64,000 nt of DNA from Candidatus Omnitrophota bacterium (GCA_016928875.1 JAFGJY010000019.1:1996-65995); one strand, 5' to 3'. Positions 20,040 to 29,272 are shown, counted from the stretch's first letter. Program-made: numbers and translations. Notes: generated from the sequence alone by a model not told the origin.

Positions 20040-21076
20040 CGCTTTACAAAGGCCTCGTCTTTAAAAACCGAAGGGTAATAACAGTCATAACGATTGCATG
20101 TAACGTGAAACACCTTTTTAAATAACGTCTTACATTTTTGCACGTATTCTTTTTTTGAAATAGCATCATCGATCAAGAATCCTAATGATTCTTTAATAAA
20201 TAATGTTGCTTTTACTTTCTCTTCCAAGGGTAAATTTCTATCCAGGACTTTTAGGTTACGAGCGCCGATCCTCATTAAGTCATATATAGCACAGGCACCA
20301 CAGCCTTCGATGTCCCGGTCCATCCAATATTTAAACGGTATTGAAGAAGTTTTATTCTTAGTTTTATTTAAGAAGACTCTTTGTCGACGAAATCGGCTCC
20401 GACATCCGCCGGCAAAGCCGCGCTTCGATATACGTGAGGAGCTATAAAAAAAGATGTTTTCCCTTCCAATTCCCTCTTCATTCAATTCACCGGTATCTTC
20501 TTTGCAGTACGTGCAAAGGCCGTCTTCAAAATAACATTGGTCATGGATAATGAATATTTCATATTCCATGTCCGCGTCGTGTATTATCACGTCCCGGATT
20601 TCGCCGATTGTCATTGCTCTAGGTAAAACCACCCTCGTCGCACCCAATGATCTATAAAATTCCACAGCACTGCTATTACAAATGACAGCATCCGTACCGA
20701 TCACGACATCTTTACCACTCAGCACCGCCGGATCCATACGTATAAGCAATGCTGGGTCTGCAAATATTATCCCATCAGCGCCCGCAGACAATACGTCCCG
20801 AATAATACGCTCTGCCATCTCATATTGTTCATCTAAATAATAAAATGCGTTCATAGCAACGTGAACTTTAACACCATGCTTATGAGCTACAGAAATAGCG
20901 TTATCAAGATCAGCCAGTTTCGTAAAATTAGCATGTGACGAACGCTGGTTAATACTAAAGTTTTTATATCTCTTTCGCCAGCTATGCGGTTCTATGCCAC
21001 AGAACAACTCATCAGCCCCCGCCTCACACAACGGTTCCACTTCATAAATATGCGCTAAAGGAGATTTGATTCTCAT
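20036..21076 (-). CDS. peptidase U32 family protein, long UbiU-like form
   Basis: CEAGADELFCG...FTKLAD...HVAMNAF...ADPALL...GATRVVL and a C-terminal Cys cluster DQCYFEDGLCTYC; start set at the internal Met, giving an ATGA overlap. Confidence 0.65.
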   Translation of the reverse strand: MRIKSPLAHIYEVEPLCEAGADELFCGIEPHSWRKRYKNFSINQRSSHANFTKLADLDNAISVAHKHGVKVHVAMNAFYYLDEQYEMAERIIRDVLSAGADGIIFADPALLIRMDPAVLSGKDVVIGTDAVICNSSAVEFYRSLGATRVVLPRAMTIGEIRDVIIHDADMEYEIFIIHDQCYFEDGLCTYCKEDTGELNEEGIGRENIFFYSSSRISKRGFAGGCRSRFRRQRVFLNKTKNKTSSIPFKYWMDRDIEGCGACAIYDLMRIGARNLKVLDRNLPLEEKVKATLFIKESLGFLIDDAISKKEYVQKCKTLFKKVFHVTCNRYDCYYPSVFKDEAFVKR

Positions 21077-21798
21077 TGATTTCCGAAGCTCTTCATGCAT
21101 AATGGATCATTTCTTAACATGGTTACTTGACACTTTGTCTGCTCCTGGCATGCCCGGCAATGATTTAAACCACCGCTTACCCCGCTAAAAACACTGGCCC
21201 TGGCTTCTACTTCATGCCTGACCTCATCATTGTTTATAACTGCCAAGCACTTGGTCATATCGAATCGAAATGTTTCGAGTGTAGTGCCTGAAAAAGCGTG
21301 TCCCGGACATGCGTGATGGCATCGTAAGCAATCAGTATTACATGCGGGAAGGTATTCGGGCAAATTAGGTTTTTGATATCCTTTGATCTCATCGCAAAAG
21401 GCCCATGCAACTATTTTGCAATCAAAACCAAACTTAGGGTTCCAGATCAGATTATTATATCCTCGACAACCAAGACCCGCTTTAACAGCTGCCTCCTTTA
21501 GATCAAGCCTGATCATAAAAATGTTTTTTTTAAAATATGCTGTCAGAATATTTTGTGTTTTCGGCTTGATGTCATAATCATGGGCAACATCGCTATATTT
21601 TACAATGATCAGACTATTTTCTATTTTATTCCAATATTTCTCAGTCCCTTGGTCCAAAGGGATCACCCCTGAAGTAGAATATGCGTCTAGAAGCTTTAAC
21701 TTCATTCTCCCTAATCGCCATGTTTCTTCTTTGTCTAAAACACCGATCTGATATATATCTTCGCGAAAGAGGTTCTTTATTGTTTTGAACTCAATCAT
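21073..21798 (-). CDS. QueG-like 4Fe-4S dicluster protein
   Basis: AGLGCRGYNNLIWNPKFG (QueG-like block), CLRCHHACPG and CRACQEQTKC clusters; start set at MIEFKTIK to remove a 158-nt overlap. Confidence 0.55.
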   Translation of the reverse strand: MIEFKTIKNLFREDIYQIGVLDKEETWRLGRMKLKLLDAYSTSGVIPLDQGTEKYWNKIENSLIIVKYSDVAHDYDIKPKTQNILTAYFKKNIFMIRLDLKEAAVKAGLGCRGYNNLIWNPKFGFDCKIVAWAFCDEIKGYQKPNLPEYLPACNTDCLRCHHACPGHAFSGTTLETFRFDMTKCLAVINNDEVRHEVEARASVFSGVSGGLNHCRACQEQTKCQVTMLRNDPLCMKSFGNQ

Positions 21799-22864
21799 GG
21801 CATACACTACCCTTTGAATAGTCCATTTCTGCAAAGGCACGGCTTTCCGGTTCGCACGAGCTAAAATCATTATTAAAAAGCCACCCTCGTGCCGGGCACC
21901 ATTTACAATATGAAGCAAGTTCACAGGTATCACACTGATAATTATCACCAGGAGTTATACGGGCAACCAACTCTTTAAGCCGTTTCCAGCACCCTTCAAG
22001 CGAGCTGTCTAATATCTTATATTTAGGATGATCTATCATCAGGCACATCTTTAACTCACCCAGTGGCGTGATCGCAGCCTGCGTTCTCCCCACCCCGCAT
22101 TTGAAAAACTCATGCTGAGTGTATTTTTCGTGGATCATTGACCGGTCACAATCAGGATCGTTAGACCGCTTCTTTTGGGACGAAGGATCCGGCGCCTCTA
22201 TGTTATCTGAGGTATACTTCAAAGGTCTTCGATACTTAAATGGCTCGTATGATCCATCGAGGCACGGAGAAAGCAACGCATCTACACGATGCTGTGCTTT
22301 GAGTGAATGCGCAAATTCCTGTATCTGGTCTATCTCGGTTTCATTGCTGTTTAAAACACACGTCTTGAATCCTAAATGCATTCCCTTAGTATGGAGTAAC
22401 TTTATTACATTAAATACCTTGTCTCGTGAGCCTGGTGCTCGACTAACAGACTCAAAGGTCTCACGACGAATGCCTGGTATGGTTATATCTATTAGATTTG
22501 GGCGTAACAGCGCTAATTGCTCCGCGATATGTTCGTCGATCAATGATCCATTAGTATAGAGAATGATCTGAAATCCTAATTCTTTTGCGTACCAAAGGAT
22601 GTCTACTATATCCTCTCTTACGAACGGTTCTCCTCCGGTAAAGCCCAAGTAAAGACAGCCTATGGCTGAAAGTTGATCTAATATATAAAAGACCTCTGTC
22701 GTTGAGAGCTCTTTATACTTTCTGTAACTGTACGGAATATAACAATGACCGCACTCGAAATTGCAGCGATAGGTTAGTTCGAACATTACGCGTAAAGGAA
22801 AGCCTTTATCATGTGCAACATTATGGATACGTTTTCTGAACTCATCATACTGTTGAGATTTCAT
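21791..22864 (-). CDS. radical SAM/SPASM domain peptide-maturase-like protein
   Basis: CNFECGHC, FTGGEPFV, SPASM array CDTCELASYCKWCPARG. Confidence 0.8.
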   Translation of the reverse strand: MKSQQYDEFRKRIHNVAHDKGFPLRVMFELTYRCNFECGHCYIPYSYRKYKELSTTEVFYILDQLSAIGCLYLGFTGGEPFVREDIVDILWYAKELGFQIILYTNGSLIDEHIAEQLALLRPNLIDITIPGIRRETFESVSRAPGSRDKVFNVIKLLHTKGMHLGFKTCVLNSNETEIDQIQEFAHSLKAQHRVDALLSPCLDGSYEPFKYRRPLKYTSDNIEAPDPSSQKKRSNDPDCDRSMIHEKYTQHEFFKCGVGRTQAAITPLGELKMCLMIDHPKYKILDSSLEGCWKRLKELVARITPGDNYQCDTCELASYCKWCPARGWLFNNDFSSCEPESRAFAEMDYSKGSVCHD

Positions 22865-24255
22865 TGTACTACCTCATGAGCTTTTGCCTTACGTATGCAC
22901 TTATCTATTTCTATGCTGCTCAGCTCCGTTCTACCCATATTTCTATAACATCGCGCGAGAGCAAGTGCTACGCAGGCATCATCCGGATTTATCTTTTCTT
23001 CCTTTTTGTATTCTTTTATTGCCCCTGTATATTCTTCCATTTTTTCATAACAAAGCCCTAAGAAGAAATGAGCTCCTTTTGCACCGTTCCTTAATTCCAA
23101 GAAACTCCGCGTATACTTTATCGCATCCATATATTGCCCGACATTAAAACAGGCTCTACTTACCAATTCATAAATATATTCTCTATTGCTGCCTGACGAT
23201 GTTTTTAAGATATTTTCATATACCCGTATGGCGTTTAATTCGTCCTGCTTCCGATCTTGTCCTGAGAAGTCTCGATTAACAACCGTTGCCTTGTGAGCGA
23301 GCATAGTGCAGTATCGACAAGCACTGCAGTTACCATCACAAGCGATCATCGCATTAAAGAAATCGCTGTCACGCAGTGTCTTGTAATCGATGTACTCAAA
23401 ATACACAAGTCCGGGACTATCTAATAGTTCTAAGAGATTACCGTTGAACTCCCGGTTAATATAAGATTCAAGACATAATTGGATCCGGTTCGTGGGAAAT
23501 ACACGCGTTGACAATTTATAATAATCAATAAAGGATTCGTAGTAATTCAGTGCCTCAGGCGGTATAAATGGTACACTAAAAACCTTTTCCTTCTTTCGCT
23601 CATAGATCTCCGTACAGGGATTATCGGCAGCAATACCTTCTGCCACCTTATCAGTGATACTGCTATGGTGCGACAGATTATTATAATGCATAACACGATA
23701 TGGGCAATTACGTAAACATCCTTCATTAAGCATTAAACGTATTTTTAGCGCTGTCCGTTCTTTTATCTGTTTGATCAAGGGTATGTTCCTATTTATATCT
23801 CTGTCAATGGTGAGCACATCAACGCCCAGTTCTTTAAGATATACGGCGTGTTCAACGGTTTTAACGTAGCAATTCACTGACGACTCTATGCGAATATCAC
23901 TGATATGTGTCCGTATCTTTGAAATATACACAGGATTTGTAACCACGACTGAACCAAGGCCCATGTCGCGTAATTCCTTTATATAATCCACTAATCTCTC
24001 AAAATATCTCTTATCGAGACCAACACCTCCCTCGCATGTTGCGTTTAATAAAAGTTGAGAGGTGATATTGAGAGAAGTGCACTTCGCGATGATGTTAGGT
24101 ATCTCTTGGGTATAATTGTGTGCCGGTGAAGTGATTCTTCCTGAACCGATGTATTGGACAGGTGCGGGAAAGTAAAGCGCTTCGATATTCTCTTGATAAG
24201 AACTTAGAAGGTCAAGCAGCTGAGCATCATGGTTATAACCAATTGAGAACTTCAT
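22861..24255 (-). CDS. U32-like TIM-barrel protein with C-terminal TPR repeats
   Basis: N-terminal region resembles the U32 barrel (LKELGVDVLTIDRD...NEGCLRNCPY); the C-terminal ~120 aa are TPR-like (MGRTELSSIEIDKC..); weak call. Confidence 0.35.
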   Translation of the reverse strand: MKFSIGYNHDAQLLDLLSSYQENIEALYFPAPVQYIGSGRITSPAHNYTQEIPNIIAKCTSLNITSQLLLNATCEGGVGLDKRYFERLVDYIKELRDMGLGSVVVTNPVYISKIRTHISDIRIESSVNCYVKTVEHAVYLKELGVDVLTIDRDINRNIPLIKQIKERTALKIRLMLNEGCLRNCPYRVMHYNNLSHHSSITDKVAEGIAADNPCTEIYERKKEKVFSVPFIPPEALNYYESFIDYYKLSTRVFPTNRIQLCLESYINREFNGNLLELLDSPGLVYFEYIDYKTLRDSDFFNAMIACDGNCSACRYCTMLAHKATVVNRDFSGQDRKQDELNAIRVYENILKTSSGSNREYIYELVSRACFNVGQYMDAIKYTRSFLELRNGAKGAHFFLGLCYEKMEEYTGAIKEYKKEEKINPDDACVALALARCYRNMGRTELSSIEIDKCIRKAKAHEVVQ

Positions 24256-24261
24256 TTATAT

Positions 24262-25353
24262 CTATCTTTGTTTTGAACAATGTAATGCTTCCCTATACCG
24301 TTTATTCTCTTCAGCGAGTCGGCAATAGTATTCAACGGGTGCTTCTTCGTCACCAGTCTCAAGCAGCGCCTTTGCCGGACAGGTAAAACAGAGAGCTTTT
24401 AGATCACAAAACTGACATTTTGAGTTGGTCTTAAACTCCTCTTTTAACAATTGCGGGAATGTGTGATAAAAGCCTTCTTTGAACGGCGTTGTTCTTAGAT
24501 CTACGCTAAATTTATCAGTGAGGATACAGAACTTAAGCCTTCCATACGGATTGACAAAAAACTGCCTCATCCAACTATTGCATTGATACAAATAACGTCT
24601 ATCCCTTTGGAGGTCTTCGTATCCACTATGCAGACATTTTTTGTATTCCTTCCAGATATCGGGATCATCTTTTCTGGCTTCCATGAGCTCATCAAAAGAA
24701 AGTCGATATCGACACGACGAAGTATCACCATTGAGCCGGGGCGAAATTATCGGGTCATATTTAAAGCGATATGCATTCTTAGACAGCTTCCCGATATTCT
24801 GTTCCGTCCATTCTTTTATCTTCGGGATTTCGTCTTTATTGACAGAAAGGTAATTTGATTTTATCATCAAATAAAGCCCACCATGTATCATTTTGTTGAT
24901 TGCCGTCATACACCGCTCAAAAGATCCCTCAACCTGCGTCACCGTTTCATAGGTATCCTTTGTTATGCCATTTAAGGTCACCTCTATCAGCATAGGAGGA
25001 GATTTTATTAAATATTCTATTACTGTATCACTTACGGCATGAGCATTGGTAAATAAAGTGATGATAAAGCCCTTATCCTTCGCATACGAATATAGCTCAA
25101 GAAAATCATCTCGTAATGATGGTTCGCCGCCACTCATAGTGAGCCAGACGCAACCTTCTCTCTGTATTTCATCAAAGATCTCCTTCCACTCATTGAGAGA
25201 TAATTCTTGGCTTTTATCTTCGTTCCCCTTACAGTAACAATGAATACAATCGAGATCGCAACGGTAGGTAAGTTCAATATGACCATGCAACGGTTTATGA
25301 TCCCATTTATTGGCTACTGTCTTGTGGAAGTCACCAAAATCGATGTGCTTCAT
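24262..25353 (-). CDS. radical SAM/SPASM domain peptide-maturase-like protein
   Basis: CDLDCIHC, MSGGEPSL, SPASM array CQFCDLKALCFTCPAKA; lies directly downstream of a precursor and RRE. Confidence 0.8.
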   Translation of the reverse strand: MKHIDFGDFHKTVANKWDHKPLHGHIELTYRCDLDCIHCYCKGNEDKSQELSLNEWKEIFDEIQREGCVWLTMSGGEPSLRDDFLELYSYAKDKGFIITLFTNAHAVSDTVIEYLIKSPPMLIEVTLNGITKDTYETVTQVEGSFERCMTAINKMIHGGLYLMIKSNYLSVNKDEIPKIKEWTEQNIGKLSKNAYRFKYDPIISPRLNGDTSSCRYRLSFDELMEARKDDPDIWKEYKKCLHSGYEDLQRDRRYLYQCNSWMRQFFVNPYGRLKFCILTDKFSVDLRTTPFKEGFYHTFPQLLKEEFKTNSKCQFCDLKALCFTCPAKALLETGDEEAPVEYYCRLAEENKRYREALHCSKQR

Positions 25354-25493
25354 ACAACCCCTTTATCTTTTGCCGACTATGATGGTATGTAAGATAAGCC
25401 CAATGTGGTCGATGTTCTAGCGGAGACGTTATTATTAGATGGTAAGAAATTATAACTGCACCGTAACCTGTACTGCTTACTATTCAAACGATC

Positions 25494-25745
25494 TTAGGAA
25501 CTTGCTGTACCTGAGGTATGAGCAAAGCCGTAGTATCCCGTAAGTGGATTAGTATAGCACGGTTTGTGGTTCGTTGAGTCTCTCCCCCACGTGCACATTG
25601 CACGGTCAATATAGCTACTGTGTGCGATCCAGCTTCGGTGTGTCCATTGCATCCCGATCGCCATGCACGTACACGCGAGCACTGCCTGCTCGGGATTAAG
25701 CTTTACTCTGGTGATCTCAGGTTTGAATTTTGGTTTTTTTGCCAT
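25494..25745 (-). CDS. putative RiPP precursor peptide X (distinct family)
   Basis: 83 aa with a strong AGGAGA RBS and an 11-nt gap from the PqqD gene; leader KPEITRVKLNPEQAVL then a Cys/Trp/His-rich core CTCMAIGMQWTH..C.W..C. Confidence 0.55.
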   Translation of the reverse strand: MAKKPKFKPEITRVKLNPEQAVLACTCMAIGMQWTHRSWIAHSSYIDRAMCTWGRDSTNHKPCYTNPLTGYYGFAHTSGTASS

Positions 25746-25756
25746 TTTTTATCTCC

Positions 25757-26044
25757 TCATATTGACTTAAGAGCCTGTATTTCCCGCAGTTCTTCTAAAT
25801 ATTTTTGCATTTCTTCTTCTATTTCCTCTGGTGTGGCGTCATATTTCTTTAAGATCTCTGCTTTTATATCAGCCACCGTTTTTTTTCCATCGATCAATCC
25901 CCACACCTCCGAAGCAACCTTGTTCAGCGTATAGATGCAATCAATATCGTTGGAAGATTTATAGATCGGAAGAAGAATCGTCTCATCATCGATCACTCTT
26001 GTTACCATATCTTCGTTCTTACGCAAAATCGTGGTATTTTCCAT
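25757..26044 (-). CDS. PqqD-family RiPP recognition element (stand-alone RRE)
   Basis: 95 aa; IYTLNKVASEVWGLIDGKKTVADI matches the PqqD core. Confidence 0.75.
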   Translation of the reverse strand: MENTTILRKNEDMVTRVIDDETILLPIYKSSNDIDCIYTLNKVASEVWGLIDGKKTVADIKAEILKKYDATPEEIEEEMQKYLEELREIQALKSI

Positions 26045-26057
26045 CTTTTAGCTCCTT

Positions 26058-27545
26058 TTATCCTATTACATTATTTGTACGTATTTTTTTAATTTGCTTA
26101 TCTATCATTTGCAGCTTTCTGGCAAGTTCTCGCGAGCCATGGCCGGTCTTCTTGCCTTTCTTGTTTATACTTTGTTTTCTACGTAACTCATTAAATTTAA
26201 TGCGAATAAGAGTAATCATATCATCTGAAATGGTATAATTCAAACCTATTTTTAGGATCCTAATTATCGCATTGTCGATATTGTAGCCAAACCTTATTGT
26301 GTCAGAATATTTTTTAACAGCTGCTTCATAATTCCCCTCTTTTTCATATATCTGGGCTACCATATAATAACACTCAGGTGCCATCGGCTCAATAGCCAGA
26401 TAGGACAGCAACAATTTCTTTGCGATAGAATATTCCTTTAACCCAAATTCTGCCTGCCCCAAACCTAAAAGGGCTTGAGATGTTGCCCTAGAAAATAGTT
26501 TATCTCGACTGGCTTTGAGCGCAGAAGAAAATAACATTCGAGCTTTGATAAACTCTTTATCTTTTAATGCAATAAACCCCAAGCCACAAAGACAAAAGGA
26601 ATTCTCAGGATCGGCCGCATTGATCCTTAAGAACTCTTTGTGCGCCTTGGAGAATTTACGCACACCAAAATACAACGGCCCATAATTATTATCCCCGGCT
26701 CGATAAGTATGATTTAATGTAATAGCCTTCTTATAAAGATCTTTTTTATCAGAAGAAGTAAAGAGAGAGAAATAGTGTGCCGCCTCAGAATTCCGTAGAA
26801 AACGCTTTCTAAACTGTTTCGGGGAGAAAAGATAGGCGATTTCATCACCAAAATGTTTATAAACCATAGGTGTATATCCGCCGTTTACAGAATAGGCGAT
26901 AGTAATGATTTCCGGATCTAGTATCTTTTGTTTAAGTCTTTCCACTAAACAGTTCGGTGAGATCCATGGTTTGCGTTTCCCTATGTTTGTCGTATTTTCA
27001 GCATTCACAAGACTGTCTACAACCAAATAATCAGTATCAATGTCTAGTAATACATTCCTCTGCAAAAGCGGTAATTTTTCTAATGTAGATATAATGAACT
27101 TTCTTCCAAATAACTCTGTTTCGAATATCCCTTGGTTCAATGTGTAAGATAAACGCCCACGGTTGGACGGATCTCGTTTTGCTAAATTCCTCAGTATTCT
27201 TTTTATAAATACGGTCGATTCTTTAAATTCCTTCGATCCTCCGGGGACGATCCAATAAAAATCCTTGACGATTTCCGCCTCGATCGCCGGGTAAATATAG
27301 TTACCAATATTGGTCTGCTTATCAAGATCACTTTGGTACTGTTTGAAAGCGAGTGTATACTCTAGTTTTTGCTTCAATTCCTTTACGCTTGTTGCCGTAT
27401 TGAATATTGTATCTATTGGTTGAGCCTGATGAAATCCAAAATCCATATGAGCATCGATATGTACCAGATCAAGGCCTTTGATCTGGTTATCTCTCCAGAC
27501 CTTCAATGCCTCATCATGATCTTCAATAAGGAATATTTTAGCCAT
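26058..27545 (-). CDS. hypothetical protein with N-terminal UPF0489/arginase-fold-like HIDAHxD motif and C-terminal TPR repeats
   Basis: LVHIDAHMDF motif near the N-terminus; TPR-like repeats in the last ~200 aa; weak. Confidence 0.3.
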   Translation of the reverse strand: MAKIFLIEDHDEALKVWRDNQIKGLDLVHIDAHMDFGFHQAQPIDTIFNTATSVKELKQKLEYTLAFKQYQSDLDKQTNIGNYIYPAIEAEIVKDFYWIVPGGSKEFKESTVFIKRILRNLAKRDPSNRGRLSYTLNQGIFETELFGRKFIISTLEKLPLLQRNVLLDIDTDYLVVDSLVNAENTTNIGKRKPWISPNCLVERLKQKILDPEIITIAYSVNGGYTPMVYKHFGDEIAYLFSPKQFRKRFLRNSEAAHYFSLFTSSDKKDLYKKAITLNHTYRAGDNNYGPLYFGVRKFSKAHKEFLRINAADPENSFCLCGLGFIALKDKEFIKARMLFSSALKASRDKLFSRATSQALLGLGQAEFGLKEYSIAKKLLLSYLAIEPMAPECYYMVAQIYEKEGNYEAAVKKYSDTIRFGYNIDNAIIRILKIGLNYTISDDMITLIRIKFNELRRKQSINKKGKKTGHGSRELARKLQMIDKQIKKIRTNNVIG

Positions 27546-27628
27546 TAGTGCTTATCTCCAATTTGATCCCGGAAAAAGTTCCTGTATGATGCACGTTCTG
27601 CCATGGGTTGAGTATGTAACATCCCCCC

Positions 27629-28957
27629 TCAGGACTCATCTAAGAAATACCATTTAAAGAATTCTTCTCGGAATTTATCCCTCTTTTCAAAGAGGACATT
27701 GTTCGTAGGGACCTTGCCTTCTTCCCGCGCACGGTCATCTACTGCCACATGTGAGGATAATTCTTGTTCTATGAGTGAATGATACTCAATATGATGAATC
27801 CCTGAAAATATCTTCAAGAAGAACAAAGCATACGGAGTGTAAAAAGAGATAAAATCAATTGGACGTTTGTTCCTGTATGACTCCCAGTCCCCAGAGATCA
27901 TTTTTACTTTCTCTGTGGCCAAAAGGGCCACTAGTTTATCGATAATATTTGAATACTCATATTTTTTAACTGAAGATCGTGCGTTTTTCTCCATAACCGC
28001 GACTTCTTTTCGATTCTGCAGATAATGAGAAATCCAATGTATCCACTCTTCTTTATTAATATCAACATCATACGCAGAAATAGATTTAAGGGGGATGATC
28101 ACACCATTTATACCGTTCGTAATAAATTCTGAATTAGCAGCCCAATCAGATGCAATAACCGGCAATCCACAGGCCAATGCCTCAATATTGACAAGGCTAA
28201 ACGTTTCGTATCGTGCAAAGGTAGGGTTTAGTAAGAATAAGCTTCTGCTGAGCATCTCCAGCTTTTCGATCCCAACACGCAATCCTTCAAAGCGGACATA
28301 TTCTTCAAGATGTTTTTCCGCAATACGATTGTTAAGCGTAGAAACGTAATCGGACGGCGTGGTATCATCAAGATAATCTCCGTACAAGGGACCAATGATC
28401 TTTAGATGTGCCGGACCTGCCTTTGCAATGATCTCATCCCACCATTCAATCAAGAATGTGAGTCCTTTATCATAAGAAAGACGTCCTAAAAAGCATACAC
28501 TGTTTTCCTTCTTTTGTTCTTTTACTGTACGGATTTCTTCAAAATCAAGGCCGTAGGGTATAATATGAACAGTGGCTCTTTTTGTGAGTTTTTCAAATAA
28601 TCGTTTGCAGTATGCAGAGGGAACAATTACTACATCATGGTTTTCTAACAGTGGAAGAGCGGCGGCCATCCTGAAGAAAGATATGTAGATTGTGTGGACC
28701 CTAACAAGGTAAGGCACGGTGTAGCTACACTTTTTTCTTACAATAAGCGATAACAACAAATATTCTTGATCATCAATGTAAAGATAGTTAATATTCCTCT
28801 CTAAAAGCCTTGCAATGGCAGATTCAATTTGATTCGAATTCGATATTTCTTCCTTGAGCAGCTCGACCTTCCTCCCGAGATATTCAAAAAAGGTGCTTTC
28901 GATCGATTTCATCGAAATGAATGTAACTGACGATCTAACAACAGTACCTATTTTCAT
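27629..28957 (-). CDS. glycosyltransferase family 4 (GT-B)
   Basis: C-terminal EALACGLPVIASDWAANSEFI motif typical of GT4/GT1. Confidence 0.75.
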   Translation of the reverse strand: MKIGTVVRSSVTFISMKSIESTFFEYLGRKVELLKEEISNSNQIESAIARLLERNINYLYIDDQEYLLLSLIVRKKCSYTVPYLVRVHTIYISFFRMAAALPLLENHDVVIVPSAYCKRLFEKLTKRATVHIIPYGLDFEEIRTVKEQKKENSVCFLGRLSYDKGLTFLIEWWDEIIAKAGPAHLKIIGPLYGDYLDDTTPSDYVSTLNNRIAEKHLEEYVRFEGLRVGIEKLEMLSRSLFLLNPTFARYETFSLVNIEALACGLPVIASDWAANSEFITNGINGVIIPLKSISAYDVDINKEEWIHWISHYLQNRKEVAVMEKNARSSVKKYEYSNIIDKLVALLATEKVKMISGDWESYRNKRPIDFISFYTPYALFFLKIFSGIHHIEYHSLIEQELSSHVAVDDRAREEGKVPTNNVLFEKRDKFREEFFKWYFLDES

Positions 28958-29098
28958 TGCATCACTATGTCTTTTGTAACAATAAAAGCACGCAATAAAA
29001 TAAAAGTGCAGTTCTTACAAAGCATATCTTCATTTGCTTACCCCATTTTGGGAAAGTTACATGAGTTTGACGGAGCTCAAGCTCCTAACACCTCTATC

Positions 29099-29272
29099 CA
29101 GTGTCTGGTACTCTAACAAAATTGGCTTCCCCATATTATCAATATGTACTCGCAAGAATGATGGGCGCTTAAGGATTCTAAACTTAACCCCATTTCTTGT
29201 AAGGGAATGCTCTGTGCCAATCAATGCCGAAGGCTGATCCGCCTCTGGTGGAAGCCCAGCTAACCGCACGCA
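29099..29272. repeat. degenerate copy of the tRNA-Asp 5' half plus a tRNA-Val-like sequence (direct repeat of 46612-46950)
   Basis: cagtgtctggtactctaacaaaattggcttcccca matches 46612-46648; ggcgcttaaggattctaaacttaacccc...aagggaatgctct[gtgccaatcaatgccgaaggctgatccgcctctggtggaag]cccagctaaccgcacg matches the insertion-bearing tRNA-Val copy at 46821-46950; same orientation. Confidence 0.75.

Noticed and set aside
25494-25745. Interpretation of precursor X as a PqqA homologue because of the adjacent PqqD
   Set aside because: The sequence lacks the PqqA E-x3-Y motif and is about four times longer. The pqqB/C/E genes are absent. PqqD here is the generic RRE fold.
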